IMG/VR virus record: IMGVR_UViG_3300021962_000104
Coordinates: 1-62,063 of that record
Length of the DNA: 62,063 nucleotides
Strand: one strand, 5' to 3'
DNA from: a virus
Lineage: Duplodnaviria > Caudoviricetes
The position numbers and the translations under genes are program-made. The notes under the pieces were generated by a model. It worked only from the letters and a program-made list of their open reading frames with translations. It searched no databases and was not told the origin of the DNA. How positions within the stretch are numbered: the first letter of the stretch is position 1; every line of letters begins with the position of its first letter. Positions 8,959 to 17,479 of the stretch are shown piece after piece.

Positions 8959-9284
8959 TTTATTATGGAGTTATATTATGAAGTATAAATCTAATTATAG
9001 TGGATCTGGCATTAGTCAAAATAACTCTCTGTCTAGAGATATAAATCGTGGTATAAGAGAAGCCCAAAGAGGAATGCCTTCTTTAGAATTGACTTCTAAG
9101 TGGAGATCAGAGTATAATAAATCTTCTCTATCATATATCATGCGATTTTATGACTATAAGAAAATTAAAAATAAATTTCGCAAAAAGGGTAAAGACGCAA
9201 CTGAGGAACAGATACGCGAGGCTTGGTGGAGAGAATCGAGAAAAGAATCAAAGAAATGATTTTTATTATGGAGTTATATTATGA
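8959..9284 (+). repeat. 23-bp perfect direct repeat TTTATTATGGAGTTATATTATGA (8959-8981 and 9262-9284) bracketing one ORF
   Basis: Identical copies read directly. Each contains SD GGAG and the start ATG. Confidence 0.9.
8978..9259 (+). CDS. Hypothetical basic protein
   Basis: 93-aa ORF with SD, visibly AT-richer than its flanks. Confidence 0.6.
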   Translation: MKYKSNYSGSGISQNNSLSRDINRGIREAQRGMPSLELTSKWRSEYNKSSLSYIMRFYDYKKIKNKFRKKGKDATEEQIREAWWRESRKESKK

Positions 9285-10219
9285 GCGAAGCGTTGTGGGT
9301 CGAGAAGTATCGACCAAAGACTGTTGAAGAATGTATCCTTCCCGAGGATTTAAAATCCACTTTCCAGCAATACGTTGATCGCAAGGAGATTCCAAATCTT
9401 CTTCTCTGCGGTACAGCAGGTGTTGGTAAGACTACTGTAGCCAAGGCACTCTGTGAAGAGGTTGGCTGTGATTATTTAATGATCAACGGATCGGATGAGT
9501 CGGGCATCGACACTTTCAGATCTAAGATTAAGAACTATGCGTCTAGCATGTCGTTTGGCGGCACAAAGAAAGTCATCATCATTGATGAGGCTGACTATCT
9601 AAATCCCAATTCAACGCAGCCAGCGATGCGTAATGCGATGGAAGAATTTGCACATAACTGCACTTTCATCATGACCTGTAACTATAAGCATCGTATCATC
9701 GAACCGCTACATTCTCGTTGCGCGGTCATTGAGTTTCGTCTGCGCAAAGAAGATCGTCCAAAGATGGCGAAGCAGTTCATGGCTAGAGCAACTCAGATTC
9801 TAAACTCTGAGTCCGTGCCATATGATGATAAGGTTCTGGCTGAAGTCATCATGAAATACTTTCCTGACTATCGCCGAGTGTTGAATGAACTTCAGCGATA
9901 CAGTGTTAGCGGAAATATCGACGTTGGTATCTTACAAAACGTGGCTGATGTTTCCATTGCTACATTGGTCAAGGCACTCAAAGATAAAAACTTCAGTGAG
10001 GTCCGCAAGTGGGCTGCTGAGAACGGATATGATGATTCATCAAGATTATTTCGTAAGATCTATGATAATCTGTATGAGATTATGAATAAGAACTCGATCC
10101 CACAGGCAGTGCTAATCCTAGCCAAGTATCAGTATCAGTCAGCGTTTGTAGCCGATCAGGAGTTGAATCTTGTTGCGTGTCTAACTGAAATTATGATTGA
10201 GTGTGAGTTCAATGGCTGA
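9281..10219 (+). CDS. 44: Clamp loader large subunit
   Basis: LWVEKYRP, GTAGVGKTT, IIIDEAD, HSRC. Confidence 0.96.
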   Translation: MSEALWVEKYRPKTVEECILPEDLKSTFQQYVDRKEIPNLLLCGTAGVGKTTVAKALCEEVGCDYLMINGSDESGIDTFRSKIKNYASSMSFGGTKKVIIIDEADYLNPNSTQPAMRNAMEEFAHNCTFIMTCNYKHRIIEPLHSRCAVIEFRLRKEDRPKMAKQFMARATQILNSESVPYDDKVLAEVIMKYFPDYRRVLNELQRYSVSGNIDVGILQNVADVSIATLVKALKDKNFSEVRKWAAENGYDDSSRLFRKIYDNLYEIMNKNSIPQAVLILAKYQYQSAFVADQELNLVACLTEIMIECEFNG

Positions 10220-10592
10220 CCTATTCAAAGAGATTATCCCCAGCATTCTACAGACTAAGAAGAACTGCATGCTCACCGACCAAGATGAGAAGTCTTACCC
10301 ACACTTCATGGTCGGTCGAGCATTGTCTAACTATCCTGATACTGTTCTGATTGCGAACGAGATCAATCTGTATCCGCACCTTGACAATAAACTCAAATAT
10401 GATTATTTACTAAATATTGTTAAGCCTTACAAGCGTCCATTTGCAAAATGGCACAAGAGGGCGAGCAGCGTTGATTTGGAGGCTGTCAAAGAATATTATG
10501 GATATACCGATGCTAAAGCATACGATGTCCTTGCTATTCTAAATGATGATCAGATCAAAGCGATCAAAAAACAATTAGAAAAAGGTGAATAA
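10212..10592 (+). CDS. 62: Clamp loader small subunit
   Basis: Follows gene 44. YDYLLN..KRPFAKW, VKEYYGY motifs. Confidence 0.9.
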   Translation: MADLFKEIIPSILQTKKNCMLTDQDEKSYPHFMVGRALSNYPDTVLIANEINLYPHLDNKLKYDYLLNIVKPYKRPFAKWHKRASSVDLEAVKEYYGYTDAKAYDVLAILNDDQIKAIKKQLEKGE

Positions 10593-10593
10593 C

Positions 10594-11010
10594 ATGAGCG
10601 TGGAGAACTTAGTTGAAGTTGAGTTGGCGGAAAAGAATGACTTCCTCAAGGTCCGTGAAACTCTGACAAGAATTGGCGTCGCAGCCAAAAATCAAAACGT
10701 ACTGTATCAATCATGCCATATTCTGCATAAGCAGGGCAGATACTACATTGTACACTTCAAAGAACTGTTTGCACTAGACGGCAAGCCTAGCAATATTTCA
10801 GACAATGATATTGCTCGCCGTAACACCATTGCCAATCTAATGGAAGAATGGGGTCTGGTGAAACTGGTAAGTAAGAGCAAGAGCGAAACACCTGTTGCTC
10901 CGCTATCACAGATCAAGATCATTGCTCACAAAGATAAGCATGATTGGGAACTGGTAGCGAAATATAACATTGGTAAGAAAGGTCGTACAGATGGCGTACA
11001 GGCTCAGTAA
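10594..11010 (+). CDS. regA: Translational repressor RegA
   Basis: DFLKVRETLTRIGVA, LYQSCHILHKQGRYYIVHFKELF. Confidence 0.96.
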   Translation: MSVENLVEVELAEKNDFLKVRETLTRIGVAAKNQNVLYQSCHILHKQGRYYIVHFKELFALDGKPSNISDNDIARRNTIANLMEEWGLVKLVSKSKSETPVAPLSQIKIIAHKDKHDWELVAKYNIGKKGRTDGVQAQ

Positions 11011-11443
11011 AAGATCGCTGAAGAATCTGGAAGGCGTTGATAGTAGATTGGTTGAGGTTGTGAATATCGCAATCAAACTCAGCACCGTGGACTTTGCTGT
11101 AATAGAAGGTTTGCGCACCATTGAAAGACAGAAGCAGTTAGTTGCGGCTGGCGCAAGTCAGACGTTAAAGTCAAAGCATATCAAAGGCGAGGCTGTCGAT
11201 CTAATGGCATTTATTGGTAGTCGCGGTTCCTGGGAACTCAATCTATACGATGAGATTGCCGATGCGATGAGAGAAGGTGCAATACAGGTTGGCATACCAA
11301 TTCGTTGGGGAGCAGCGTGGACTGTATCCGATATTCGTAAATGGAAGGGTACTATGGAAAGTGCCATGAATCGTTACATAGATGTGCGTAGATCAGAAGG
11401 CAAGCGACCATTTATTGACGCACCGCATTTTGAAATAGTTTAG
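10991..11443 (+). CDS. M15-family peptidase endolysin (L-Ala-D-Glu peptidase type)
   Basis: LSKRSLKNLEGV, EGLRT..RQ, SKH..G.AVD, RWG, DAPHFE. Confidence 0.85.
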   Translation: MAYRLSKRSLKNLEGVDSRLVEVVNIAIKLSTVDFAVIEGLRTIERQKQLVAAGASQTLKSKHIKGEAVDLMAFIGSRGSWELNLYDEIADAMREGAIQVGIPIRWGAAWTVSDIRKWKGTMESAMNRYIDVRRSEGKRPFIDAPHFEIV

Positions 11444-11485
11444 AATATATGAATGTGACTACTAATTTGAGGAATTATCTAAATT

Positions 11486-11797
11486 ATGAGTGAAGAAGCA
11501 GAAGCAGCACAGTCTGGTGCAAAAGCAAAACGTCAACCATGGGTTGATTATCTAATTGAAAAACTGGATGTCTATAATCTAGAAGCAGATAAGTTTCGCC
11601 CATATCGTTGGTACTTTCATGTGGTTCTGGAAGGTGTAAGAAGCGGAGTTGTAACCGATCGCCAGCAACTGAAAGAACAGATGCATGCATACACCAAGCA
11701 CGTGCCAAGTCTTTCAATCAATCCAGAAAAAACCAAGAATCATATTGAATGTATACAGGATTTTATCCTAAGAACATTTGACGGCGAGGAATCTTAA
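11486..11797 (+). CDS. Hypothetical protein
   Basis: ORF with GAGGA SD. Confidence 0.6.
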   Translation: MSEEAEAAQSGAKAKRQPWVDYLIEKLDVYNLEADKFRPYRWYFHVVLEGVRSGVVTDRQQLKEQMHAYTKHVPSLSINPEKTKNHIECIQDFILRTFDGEES

Positions 11798-11810
11798 CTA
11801 TATACTATTC

Positions 11811-11868
11811 GTGGATGCCTTCGGGATCCACACTTTGTAAACTTGCTTAAATAAGGAGTAAACACATG
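11811..11868 (+). promoter_or_regulatory. ROSE-like RNA thermometer in the hsp20 leader
   Basis: CUUCGG-capped hairpin 11811-11831, then ACUUGCUU (11841-11848) pairing with AAGGAGU SD with a bulged G (U(U/C)GCU ROSE motif). Confidence 0.6.
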
Positions 11869-12309
11869 ACAAATCTAAAAGCAGTAAAGTCGCCATGGGA
11901 TTTTGATAAGTACCTACCATCTACCTTTCTAGGGTTTGATCATTTCTATGATCTATTCGATCGTGCCAGTGATTTGGTAAATTCTACCAACACAGCATTC
12001 CCTCCAGTCAACGTAATTCGCCACAATGAAGATACCTATATCATTGAAGTGGCAGTTGCTGGATATGCTCGCGACGAATTGTCTGCGGAAATTCACGACA
12101 ACACTCTAACCATTACAGGTGAGAAGAAGGCTGCAGAGGGGCGCGAGTATCTTGTAAAGGGTATTGCTGGTCGCTCATTCAAGCGTTCTTTCCTTGTAGC
12201 GGATACAGTGGTTGTTCGCGACGCAGCTCTAGCGGATGGCATTCTGTCAATCACTTTGGTAAATGTTGTTCCTGAAACACAGAAGCCACGCAAACTAGAG
12301 ATCAAGTGA
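11866..12309 (+). CDS. hsp20: Small heat shock protein Hsp20 (IbpA-like)
   Basis: FPPVNVI, IEVAVAG, GIAGRSFKRSF, DGILSITL, C-terminal LEI. Confidence 0.93.
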   Translation: MTNLKAVKSPWDFDKYLPSTFLGFDHFYDLFDRASDLVNSTNTAFPPVNVIRHNEDTYIIEVAVAGYARDELSAEIHDNTLTITGEKKAAEGREYLVKGIAGRSFKRSFLVADTVVVRDAALADGILSITLVNVVPETQKPRKLEIK

Positions 12310-12755
12310 AAGAAAAATTTTTATCATTGTATTGTGACATAGCCGAAAGAATCGCAGAGCTGTCTTATGCCGAGCGTCTGAAGGTGGGTGCGGTGATTGT
12401 AAAAGATCACCGCATTCTTTCTTATGGCTACAATGGCACACCGTCTGGATTTGATAATGTCTGTGAACTGAACATGACATCGGTGAGCGATTCAGTCACC
12501 AAGCCAGAAGTGATTCACGCTGAGCAAAATGCGCTGATGAAAGTAACACGCAGTCATGATTCAACAGAAGGCGCAGCCATGTTTATCACACACTCGCCGT
12601 GCGTAGACTGCGCCAAGTTGATCCTACAGTCGGGCATTCGCGACGTGTACTTCATTCACGCATACCGCAACGATGCTGGACTGAGAGTGCTAGAGGCTGG
12701 TGGAGTTTCCCTCCATCAAGTTATCAAGGCTGAACCCCTACCACTCCCCCTATAA
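12306..12755 (+). CDS. cd: dCMP deaminase
   Basis: KVGAVIVKD, GYNG, HAEQNA, SPCVDC zinc motifs. Confidence 0.92.
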   Translation: MKEKFLSLYCDIAERIAELSYAERLKVGAVIVKDHRILSYGYNGTPSGFDNVCELNMTSVSDSVTKPEVIHAEQNALMKVTRSHDSTEGAAMFITHSPCVDCAKLILQSGIRDVYFIHAYRNDAGLRVLEAGGVSLHQVIKAEPLPLPL

Positions 12756-12801
12756 AACGATCGCCGCTCCTCGGTCTCCTCTGTAAGCCTGAGCGCATTC
12801 G

Positions 12802-12910
12802 TAAGTTATTGATTTCATTCATGTTTTTCTTACCAAGAATCAACAACTTATAAGTTATTGATTTTCCTAGAGTTTTTATGGTTTACTTTTTCAGCTCGGT
12901 TTAGTAAGAT
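12802..12910 (+). promoter_or_regulatory. Early promoter with three IHF-consensus boxes
   Basis: YAANNNNTTGATW at 12802-12814 and 12851-12863, WATCAANNNNTTR at 12838-12850. GTTTACT -35 (T4-early-like) N17 TAAGAT(12905-12910). Confidence 0.7.
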
Positions 12911-12916
12911 ATATGT

Positions 12917-13231
12917 ATGATGAAGATAAATGGAAAGCAAATGTTCTACGTGATGAATTCTGAAACCAAGCAAATCCGTTCCTTTGCGGGTCGTGCTCCC
13001 CAGTTTGCCTATCGTAAGGTGGCTGAGAAGTACGCTGCGAAGGCGAATCGCTATGGCTATCGCAATTCTGAGAATTGCTATGTGGTGATCAGCGTGGCTG
13101 AGTACAGGGCTGCTGGTTACGACAACCTGACTCACAAGGTCGTGAACCTGATGACTGGTCAGGAGGTCGAAGAGTCGATCAACACCCCCTTCAGCTGCTC
13201 GGTCAGCAGCGAAACCTACTGGAGCATGTAA
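12917..13231 (+). CDS. Hypothetical early protein, probably leaderless
   Basis: ATG 6 nt after the -10 box with no SD. C-terminus TPFSCSVSSETYWSM. Confidence 0.7.
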   Translation: MMKINGKQMFYVMNSETKQIRSFAGRAPQFAYRKVAEKYAAKANRYGYRNSENCYVVISVAEYRAAGYDNLTHKVVNLMTGQEVEESINTPFSCSVSSETYWSM

Positions 13232-13232
13232 G

Positions 13233-13487
13233 ATGACGCACTATAATCGCAAGGCTACGTTCAAGATTCTTGATCTAATCGACGAAGGCGTCCTGGATCG
13301 CGATGCGGTGATTCACGCTGCGCTCATGTGGATGAGCGAAGATAGCGTCCGCCAGATGGCATTCGCCAACGAGATCGACCTCGGCGAAGAGTTTGACGAA
13401 GAGTATGAAGATGACGGTCAGCCCGACGAATCGCAAGAGTGGGCAGACTTTGGTGAAGTTTACAGTGACGAACACGACGGAGTGTAA
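13233..13487 (+). CDS. Hypothetical acidic protein
   Basis: Tightly packed ORF in the early cluster. Confidence 0.65.
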   Translation: MTHYNRKATFKILDLIDEGVLDRDAVIHAALMWMSEDSVRQMAFANEIDLGEEFDEEYEDDGQPDESQEWADFGEVYSDEHDGV

Positions 13488-13678
13488 TGATGGGATTTTA
13501 TAACAAGTTGCAGGTTGAGATTCTTGAGTTGGCTGAGGATGGTTTCACCGCCCAGCAGATCACTAAGATGATCAACGAGAAGTATCGTCCGATTCTGGCG
13601 GACGGCATGCCGCTGGTCTTTGAGAGCGATGTCGAGGATCTGTTGATTGAGTATGGCGAGGAAATGCGTTATGGCTAA
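13487..13678 (+). CDS. Hypothetical protein
   Basis: TAATG-coupled ORF. Confidence 0.6.
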   Translation: MMGFYNKLQVEILELAEDGFTAQQITKMINEKYRPILADGMPLVFESDVEDLLIEYGEEMRYG

Positions 13679-13862
13679 TTGGGCTGAATACGTTGCTTTC
13701 GCCGCGCAAGATGCGCTGGTGAAGGTTCCGTGTCCGCGTTGTGATGGGTACTGGTTCCAGGATATTGAGCCAGAGACTGGTTTCCCATACACTTGTTTTT
13801 GTTGCGGGAACGATTCAATTTCGTTCCGTAAGTATGAAGTTGAGGAAGAGCATTATGTCTAG
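13671..13862 (+). CDS. Small zinc-ribbon protein
   Basis: CPRC...CFCC. SD GAGG. Confidence 0.6.
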   Translation: MANWAEYVAFAAQDALVKVPCPRCDGYWFQDIEPETGFPYTCFCCGNDSISFRKYEVEEEHYV

Positions 13863-13983
13863 GACAAAGCGTGGCAACGTGGTTGCCAAGGATCTGCGCT
13901 CGCCGAAGTATGCGATGCGTGTGGTCCCTCTACACAAGCAGTACAATCGCGCGAAGGCAAAGCGTAACTGGAGCGTGGCATGA
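13855..13983 (+). CDS. Small basic protein (MSRTKRGNVVAKDLRSPKY...)
   Basis: SD GAGG. N.VAK.L..PKY..RVV pattern seen in T4-like phages. Confidence 0.55.
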   Translation: MSRTKRGNVVAKDLRSPKYAMRVVPLHKQYNRAKAKRNWSVA

Positions 13984-14090
13984 CACTTGTACTCATTCGA
14001 CTGGCAATCTACGGATTGCTGGTTCTTTATGCTGTCCCGATTCTTTTTCGGGACGTCAAGTATGTCCTGCAGTTCTGGGGTCTGGTGTGA
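13980..14090 (+). CDS. 36-aa single-TM membrane protein (not in ORF track)
   Basis: MTLVLIRLAIYGLLVLYAVPILFRDVKYVLQFWGLV. ATGA/GTGA overlaps at both ends, SD GGAG. Confidence 0.55.
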   Translation: MTLVLIRLAIYGLLVLYAVPILFRDVKYVLQFWGLV

Positions 14091-14287
14091 ACGACGAAGA
14101 CATCGATGGTCCTGCGCCGACAGCTCACGTTCACTGCCAATTCTGTAGTGAATGGAAGCCAGCTGATATAGTTGAATTTCTTGACATTCAAGAAGACATT
14201 GACGGCAAAGATATCATGATTTTCTCTTGCCCTTCTTGTAAACATACGGTACAATCATTCGTGGTGCTGAAATATTCTGGAGATTAA
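14087..14287 (+). CDS. Small zinc-ribbon protein
   Basis: GTG start, HCQFC...SCPSC. Confidence 0.55.
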   Translation: MNDEDIDGPAPTAHVHCQFCSEWKPADIVEFLDIQEDIDGKDIMIFSCPSCKHTVQSFVVLKYSGD

Positions 14288-14288
14288 C

Positions 14289-14462
14289 ATGAGTAACACG
14301 ATGACATCGTTGATGGTTCGGCTAGTCATTTTGATGACTGGTGTTTGCGTTGGTATTGGTGTTTCGTTGGCGGCATCTTTTGGTACATTTGAAATGATTG
14401 TGACAGTTTTCTTGTCCACGATCACATGGCTTCTGGCTAACTATTTGGGATATTGGGAATAA
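14289..14462 (+). CDS. 57-aa two-TM membrane protein (not in ORF track)
   Basis: SD GGAG, hydrophobic ORF exactly filling the gap. Confidence 0.55.
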   Translation: MSNTMTSLMVRLVILMTGVCVGIGVSLAASFGTFEMIVTVFLSTITWLLANYLGYWE

Positions 14463-14463
14463 A

Positions 14464-15117
14464 ATGAAAGTTTATATTGGTCCTTACAAGAACTGGTTTG
14501 GTCCGTATCAGCTCGCTGAGTGGATCTGTTTCTGGACAAAATTTCGTGACAAGACTACCACCTATATGGAGAAGCCTGACTATGTTTACAAGTTGGGCGA
14601 GTGGCTTGCCTACGGCAGAATCTCACCCGAGAATAATTTCAATCTCGATGAACTCAACAATCTGATGCAGAGGGTCAAAGAGCGCGAGTATTACGAGACA
14701 TGGCTGTACAAGTTTCTGTTTTGGATTGACAGCAAGAGAAAGCGCAAGATCAAGGTTCGCATTGACAAGTACGATACTTGGTCAATGGATAATACTCTAG
14801 CGCACATCATTCATCCGATGCTGGTACAGTTGCAGGCGACGCAGCACGGTTCACCTCTGATTGACGACGAGGATGTACCCGAGGAACTGCGTAGCACTTC
14901 TTGCGCACCAAAACAAAACGAGTGGGATGTTGACAACAATCACTTCCGTCGTTGGGACTGGGTGCTGAACGAAATGATCTTTGCGTTTGAGTCACGCACC
15001 CATGATGTCCTCGAACACGACAATGACTGGACTCTAGATGACCAGGAGCGTCACGAGGAGCGCATGCGCAACGGTTTCCGTTTGTTCGGCAAGTATTATC
15101 AGAATCTTTGGGATTGA
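14464..15117 (+). CDS. Conserved T4-like phage hypothetical protein
   Basis: IDKYDTWSMDNTLA.II.PML, WDWVL.EMIFAF, GFRLFGKYYQNLWD. Confidence 0.75.
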   Translation: MKVYIGPYKNWFGPYQLAEWICFWTKFRDKTTTYMEKPDYVYKLGEWLAYGRISPENNFNLDELNNLMQRVKEREYYETWLYKFLFWIDSKRKRKIKVRIDKYDTWSMDNTLAHIIHPMLVQLQATQHGSPLIDDEDVPEELRSTSCAPKQNEWDVDNNHFRRWDWVLNEMIFAFESRTHDVLEHDNDWTLDDQERHEERMRNGFRLFGKYYQNLWD

Positions 15118-15118
15118 A

Positions 15119-15313
15119 ATGAAAACTCACGTTCGTATTCCATACAATCCACGCAAGCGAGAACATTTGCTTGCCTATGCACACTTTGTCAAGTATAATA
15201 GTTGGAAAGATGGATGTCAGTTTGAACTCAGTCCAGAATGGCTCGATGTTCCTTCCATGTGTAAGGATATGACGCTCAGGTATTATCTAGAAAGTGCGAT
15301 GAAAAATTTATGA
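15119..15313 (+). CDS. Hypothetical protein
   Basis: ORF from MKTHVRIPY, packed between neighbours. Confidence 0.55.
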   Translation: MKTHVRIPYNPRKREHLLAYAHFVKYNSWKDGCQFELSPEWLDVPSMCKDMTLRYYLESAMKNL

Positions 15314-15477
15314 ACGAACGAATTAGAGAACTTGCGGAATATTGCGGATACAATGGTGATTACTGCACTGAAGATTTTTCCCTAGAGATGTTCGCCGAGT
15401 TGATTATTCGGGAGTGTATTGATATTGTTCCTTGGCAATATGAAGAAAAAATAAAAAATCATTTTGGAGTTGAGTGA
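15310..15477 (+). CDS. 55-aa phage protein of MNERIRELA...FAELIIREC...HFGVE type (not in ORF track)
   Basis: Translated by hand. ATGA overlap. Recurrent small-protein pattern in aquatic phages. Confidence 0.6.
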   Translation: MNERIRELAEYCGYNGDYCTEDFSLEMFAELIIRECIDIVPWQYEEKIKNHFGVE

Positions 15478-15680
15478 TGCGTTTTAAGACAGACAAGATT
15501 ATCAAGTCAAGAATCATCGAAACTGAATACGGTGTCGTGTATCGTTGCAACATGGAAGGAACCCAGTGGGAAAGACTTTATGGCGAAACTTGGGAGCCTG
15601 TGTTCTTTGGTGAAGAGGACGAGTGTGAAGAAGAATTCATTCGATACTTTTATGAAAAGAATGGAGCATGTGAGTTATGA
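15477..15680 (+). CDS. Hypothetical protein
   Basis: TGATG-coupled ORF with SD GGAG. Confidence 0.55.
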   Translation: MRFKTDKIIKSRIIETEYGVVYRCNMEGTQWERLYGETWEPVFFGEEDECEEEFIRYFYEKNGACEL

Positions 15681-15985
15681 TGGTCTATACAAACACTCGC
15701 TTCAAGCACAAAAAGAAGCGCAAGGTCAATCCTGCTAATGTAGCCAAGAAGTTGACCAAGAGTCAACAGGCTGCGCTGTATGATCCTGCGCCGATGCCGA
15801 AGTACAAGACATACGATCGTTCAATACCTTCGTTGTCTACTTCTGCGCATAACACAGAGCGCACGGAGAGCACCAAGTACACTGGCACATTAGTCAAGGG
15901 CATTGCGACTATGCATAAGTCCAACGCTGTGCCGATCATTGATGAGCAACAGGCGATTGAGGTCGCCACCATGAGGAGAAACTAA
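15677..15985 (+). CDS. Conserved phage hypothetical protein
   Basis: KYTG..VKGIATMHKSNAVPI motif. Confidence 0.7.
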   Translation: MMVYTNTRFKHKKKRKVNPANVAKKLTKSQQAALYDPAPMPKYKTYDRSIPSLSTSAHNTERTESTKYTGTLVKGIATMHKSNAVPIIDEQQAIEVATMRRN

Positions 15986-16569
15986 TGACTGATCGTTTTG
16001 ATCTTGAGCAGCAGATTATGGGCTGCTGGCAAATTGTTGATGATCTCAAGGTTCTGTTTGAGAATGTGGTGGAAAATGAAAATCTAACCAAGGATGCAAT
16101 CTCAAACGTGGTCCTGGGTCTGGAAGAACTTTATCAGATGAAGTTTGATAAACTGTTCCGCACCTTTGAGAAAGTCACCAAGGATGAGTGGAATCGCAGC
16201 TGGGAAAGGGGCATGGCTGCGGCTGCTGAATTTGAGCAAGCCACTAAGGCGAACTGGGACTTGATTGCTAAGGTTAACAGAGAACGCGAAGCAGAGATTC
16301 AACAGGCACGCGATTATCTGGCTAAATATTTGAATGAGTTCCCAGAGCATGATCAGGGCGACATTCGTGTGTTCGCTGCATATGAATTGCTCAGCGGGAA
16401 TGATGAGCAAGATCGCTTCAACGAAGTCTTTGATAAGATAGATAAGATGATCGTTGAAGAAGAATCATTCCCTGATCGTCCACATGTTGTAGGAAACTGG
16501 AACGGAGATGTGGCTGAACCAGAGCAGATTGATTGGGTAGAAGAACAACAAAAGGAAAGACCATTTTAG
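15985..16569 (+). CDS. Hypothetical protein
   Basis: MTDRFDLEQQIM.CW, SD AGGAG. Confidence 0.65.
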   Translation: MTDRFDLEQQIMGCWQIVDDLKVLFENVVENENLTKDAISNVVLGLEELYQMKFDKLFRTFEKVTKDEWNRSWERGMAAAAEFEQATKANWDLIAKVNREREAEIQQARDYLAKYLNEFPEHDQGDIRVFAAYELLSGNDEQDRFNEVFDKIDKMIVEEESFPDRPHVVGNWNGDVAEPEQIDWVEEQQKERPF

Positions 16570-16733
16570 TCTATCATAAATCTCCTTGTATTAGAGTATG
16601 CAAACTTGACAGCCAGAACGTGTGTACTGGCTGTTTTCGCACGCTTGACGAAATATCAGGCTGGATTCGTTTGACTTTGGAGGAGAGAGACTATATAATG
16701 AGAAGATGTGAATTGAGTAAAGCAAACACGTGA
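16533..16733 (+). CDS. DUF1289-like Cys-rich protein (start uncertain)
   Basis: SPCIRVCKLD...CTGCFRTLDEI..W. Confidence 0.65.
   Translation: MGRRTTKGKTILVYHKSPCIRVCKLDSQNVCTGCFRTLDEISGWIRLTLEERDYIMRRCELSKANT
16671..16699 (+). promoter_or_regulatory. Sigma70-type promoter
   Basis: TTGACT(16671-16676)-N17-TATAAT(16694-16699). Confidence 0.6.
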
Positions 16734-17479
16734 AAGTTAGTATAATTACACCAACAACTGGTAATCCAATGCTCGCTCACTGCATCACTTCGGTGCGTGA
16801 GCAAACCTATGAGAACATAGAACATATCGTTGTCGTTGACGGCAAAGAGCGTTTGGAAAAGTCAGTATCTGTTTACAATCACCTACGTTTCCCAACGTTG
16901 CCAGATGAGCACGTCTGCGTTCTGCCGTATCCTACTGGTATTGATCGCTACAATGGTCATCGCGTTTATGGCGCAGCCACCTATTTTGCTGATGGCGACT
17001 TTCATATGTGGCTGGATGAAGACAATGTGCTGGAACCCAATCACGTTGAGAGTCTAGTAAAGTTGGTGCAAGAAAAGAATTTAGACTGGGCATTTTCTTT
17101 CCGCAAGATCATTGACGAAAACGGTTTATACATCTGCAATGATGACTGCGAGAGTCTTGGGCTGTGGGCAAGTATCCTACACCCAGAAGATTATTTCGTG
17201 GATGTGAATTGTTACTTCATTAAGAAGCAAGTGGCTGTTGGAATCTCTCCTGTTTGGTATCGCAAGTTTCGTGAGCCAGGACAGATGGAGATTGATCGCG
17301 CAATTGCCACTGTGTTGATGCACAAGCAAAATAACTTGAAGTACGATACCACTCGCGACTACACAGTGAAATATAGAGTTGGTAACACAGGTCTCTCGGT
17401 GCAAAGAGAATTCTTTGAGAAAGGTAATGCTGAGATGCTAAGAAGACACAATGGTAATTTACCTTGGAGAGCAATATGA
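16730..17479 (+). CDS. Glycosyltransferase family 2
   Basis: KVSIITPT, SV..QTY, IVVVDG, WLDEDN. Confidence 0.85.
   Translation: MKVSIITPTTGNPMLAHCITSVREQTYENIEHIVVVDGKERLEKSVSVYNHLRFPTLPDEHVCVLPYPTGIDRYNGHRVYGAATYFADGDFHMWLDEDNVLEPNHVESLVKLVQEKNLDWAFSFRKIIDENGLYICNDDCESLGLWASILHPEDYFVDVNCYFIKKQVAVGISPVWYRKFREPGQMEIDRAIATVLMHKQNNLKYDTTRDYTVKYRVGNTGLSVQREFFEKGNAEMLRRHNGNLPWRAI

Noticed and set aside
10381-10416. TTGACA inside gene 62 as a sigma70 promoter
   Set aside because: No acceptable -10 at 16-18 bp. The nearby CTAAATA may be a late-type promoter but support is weak.
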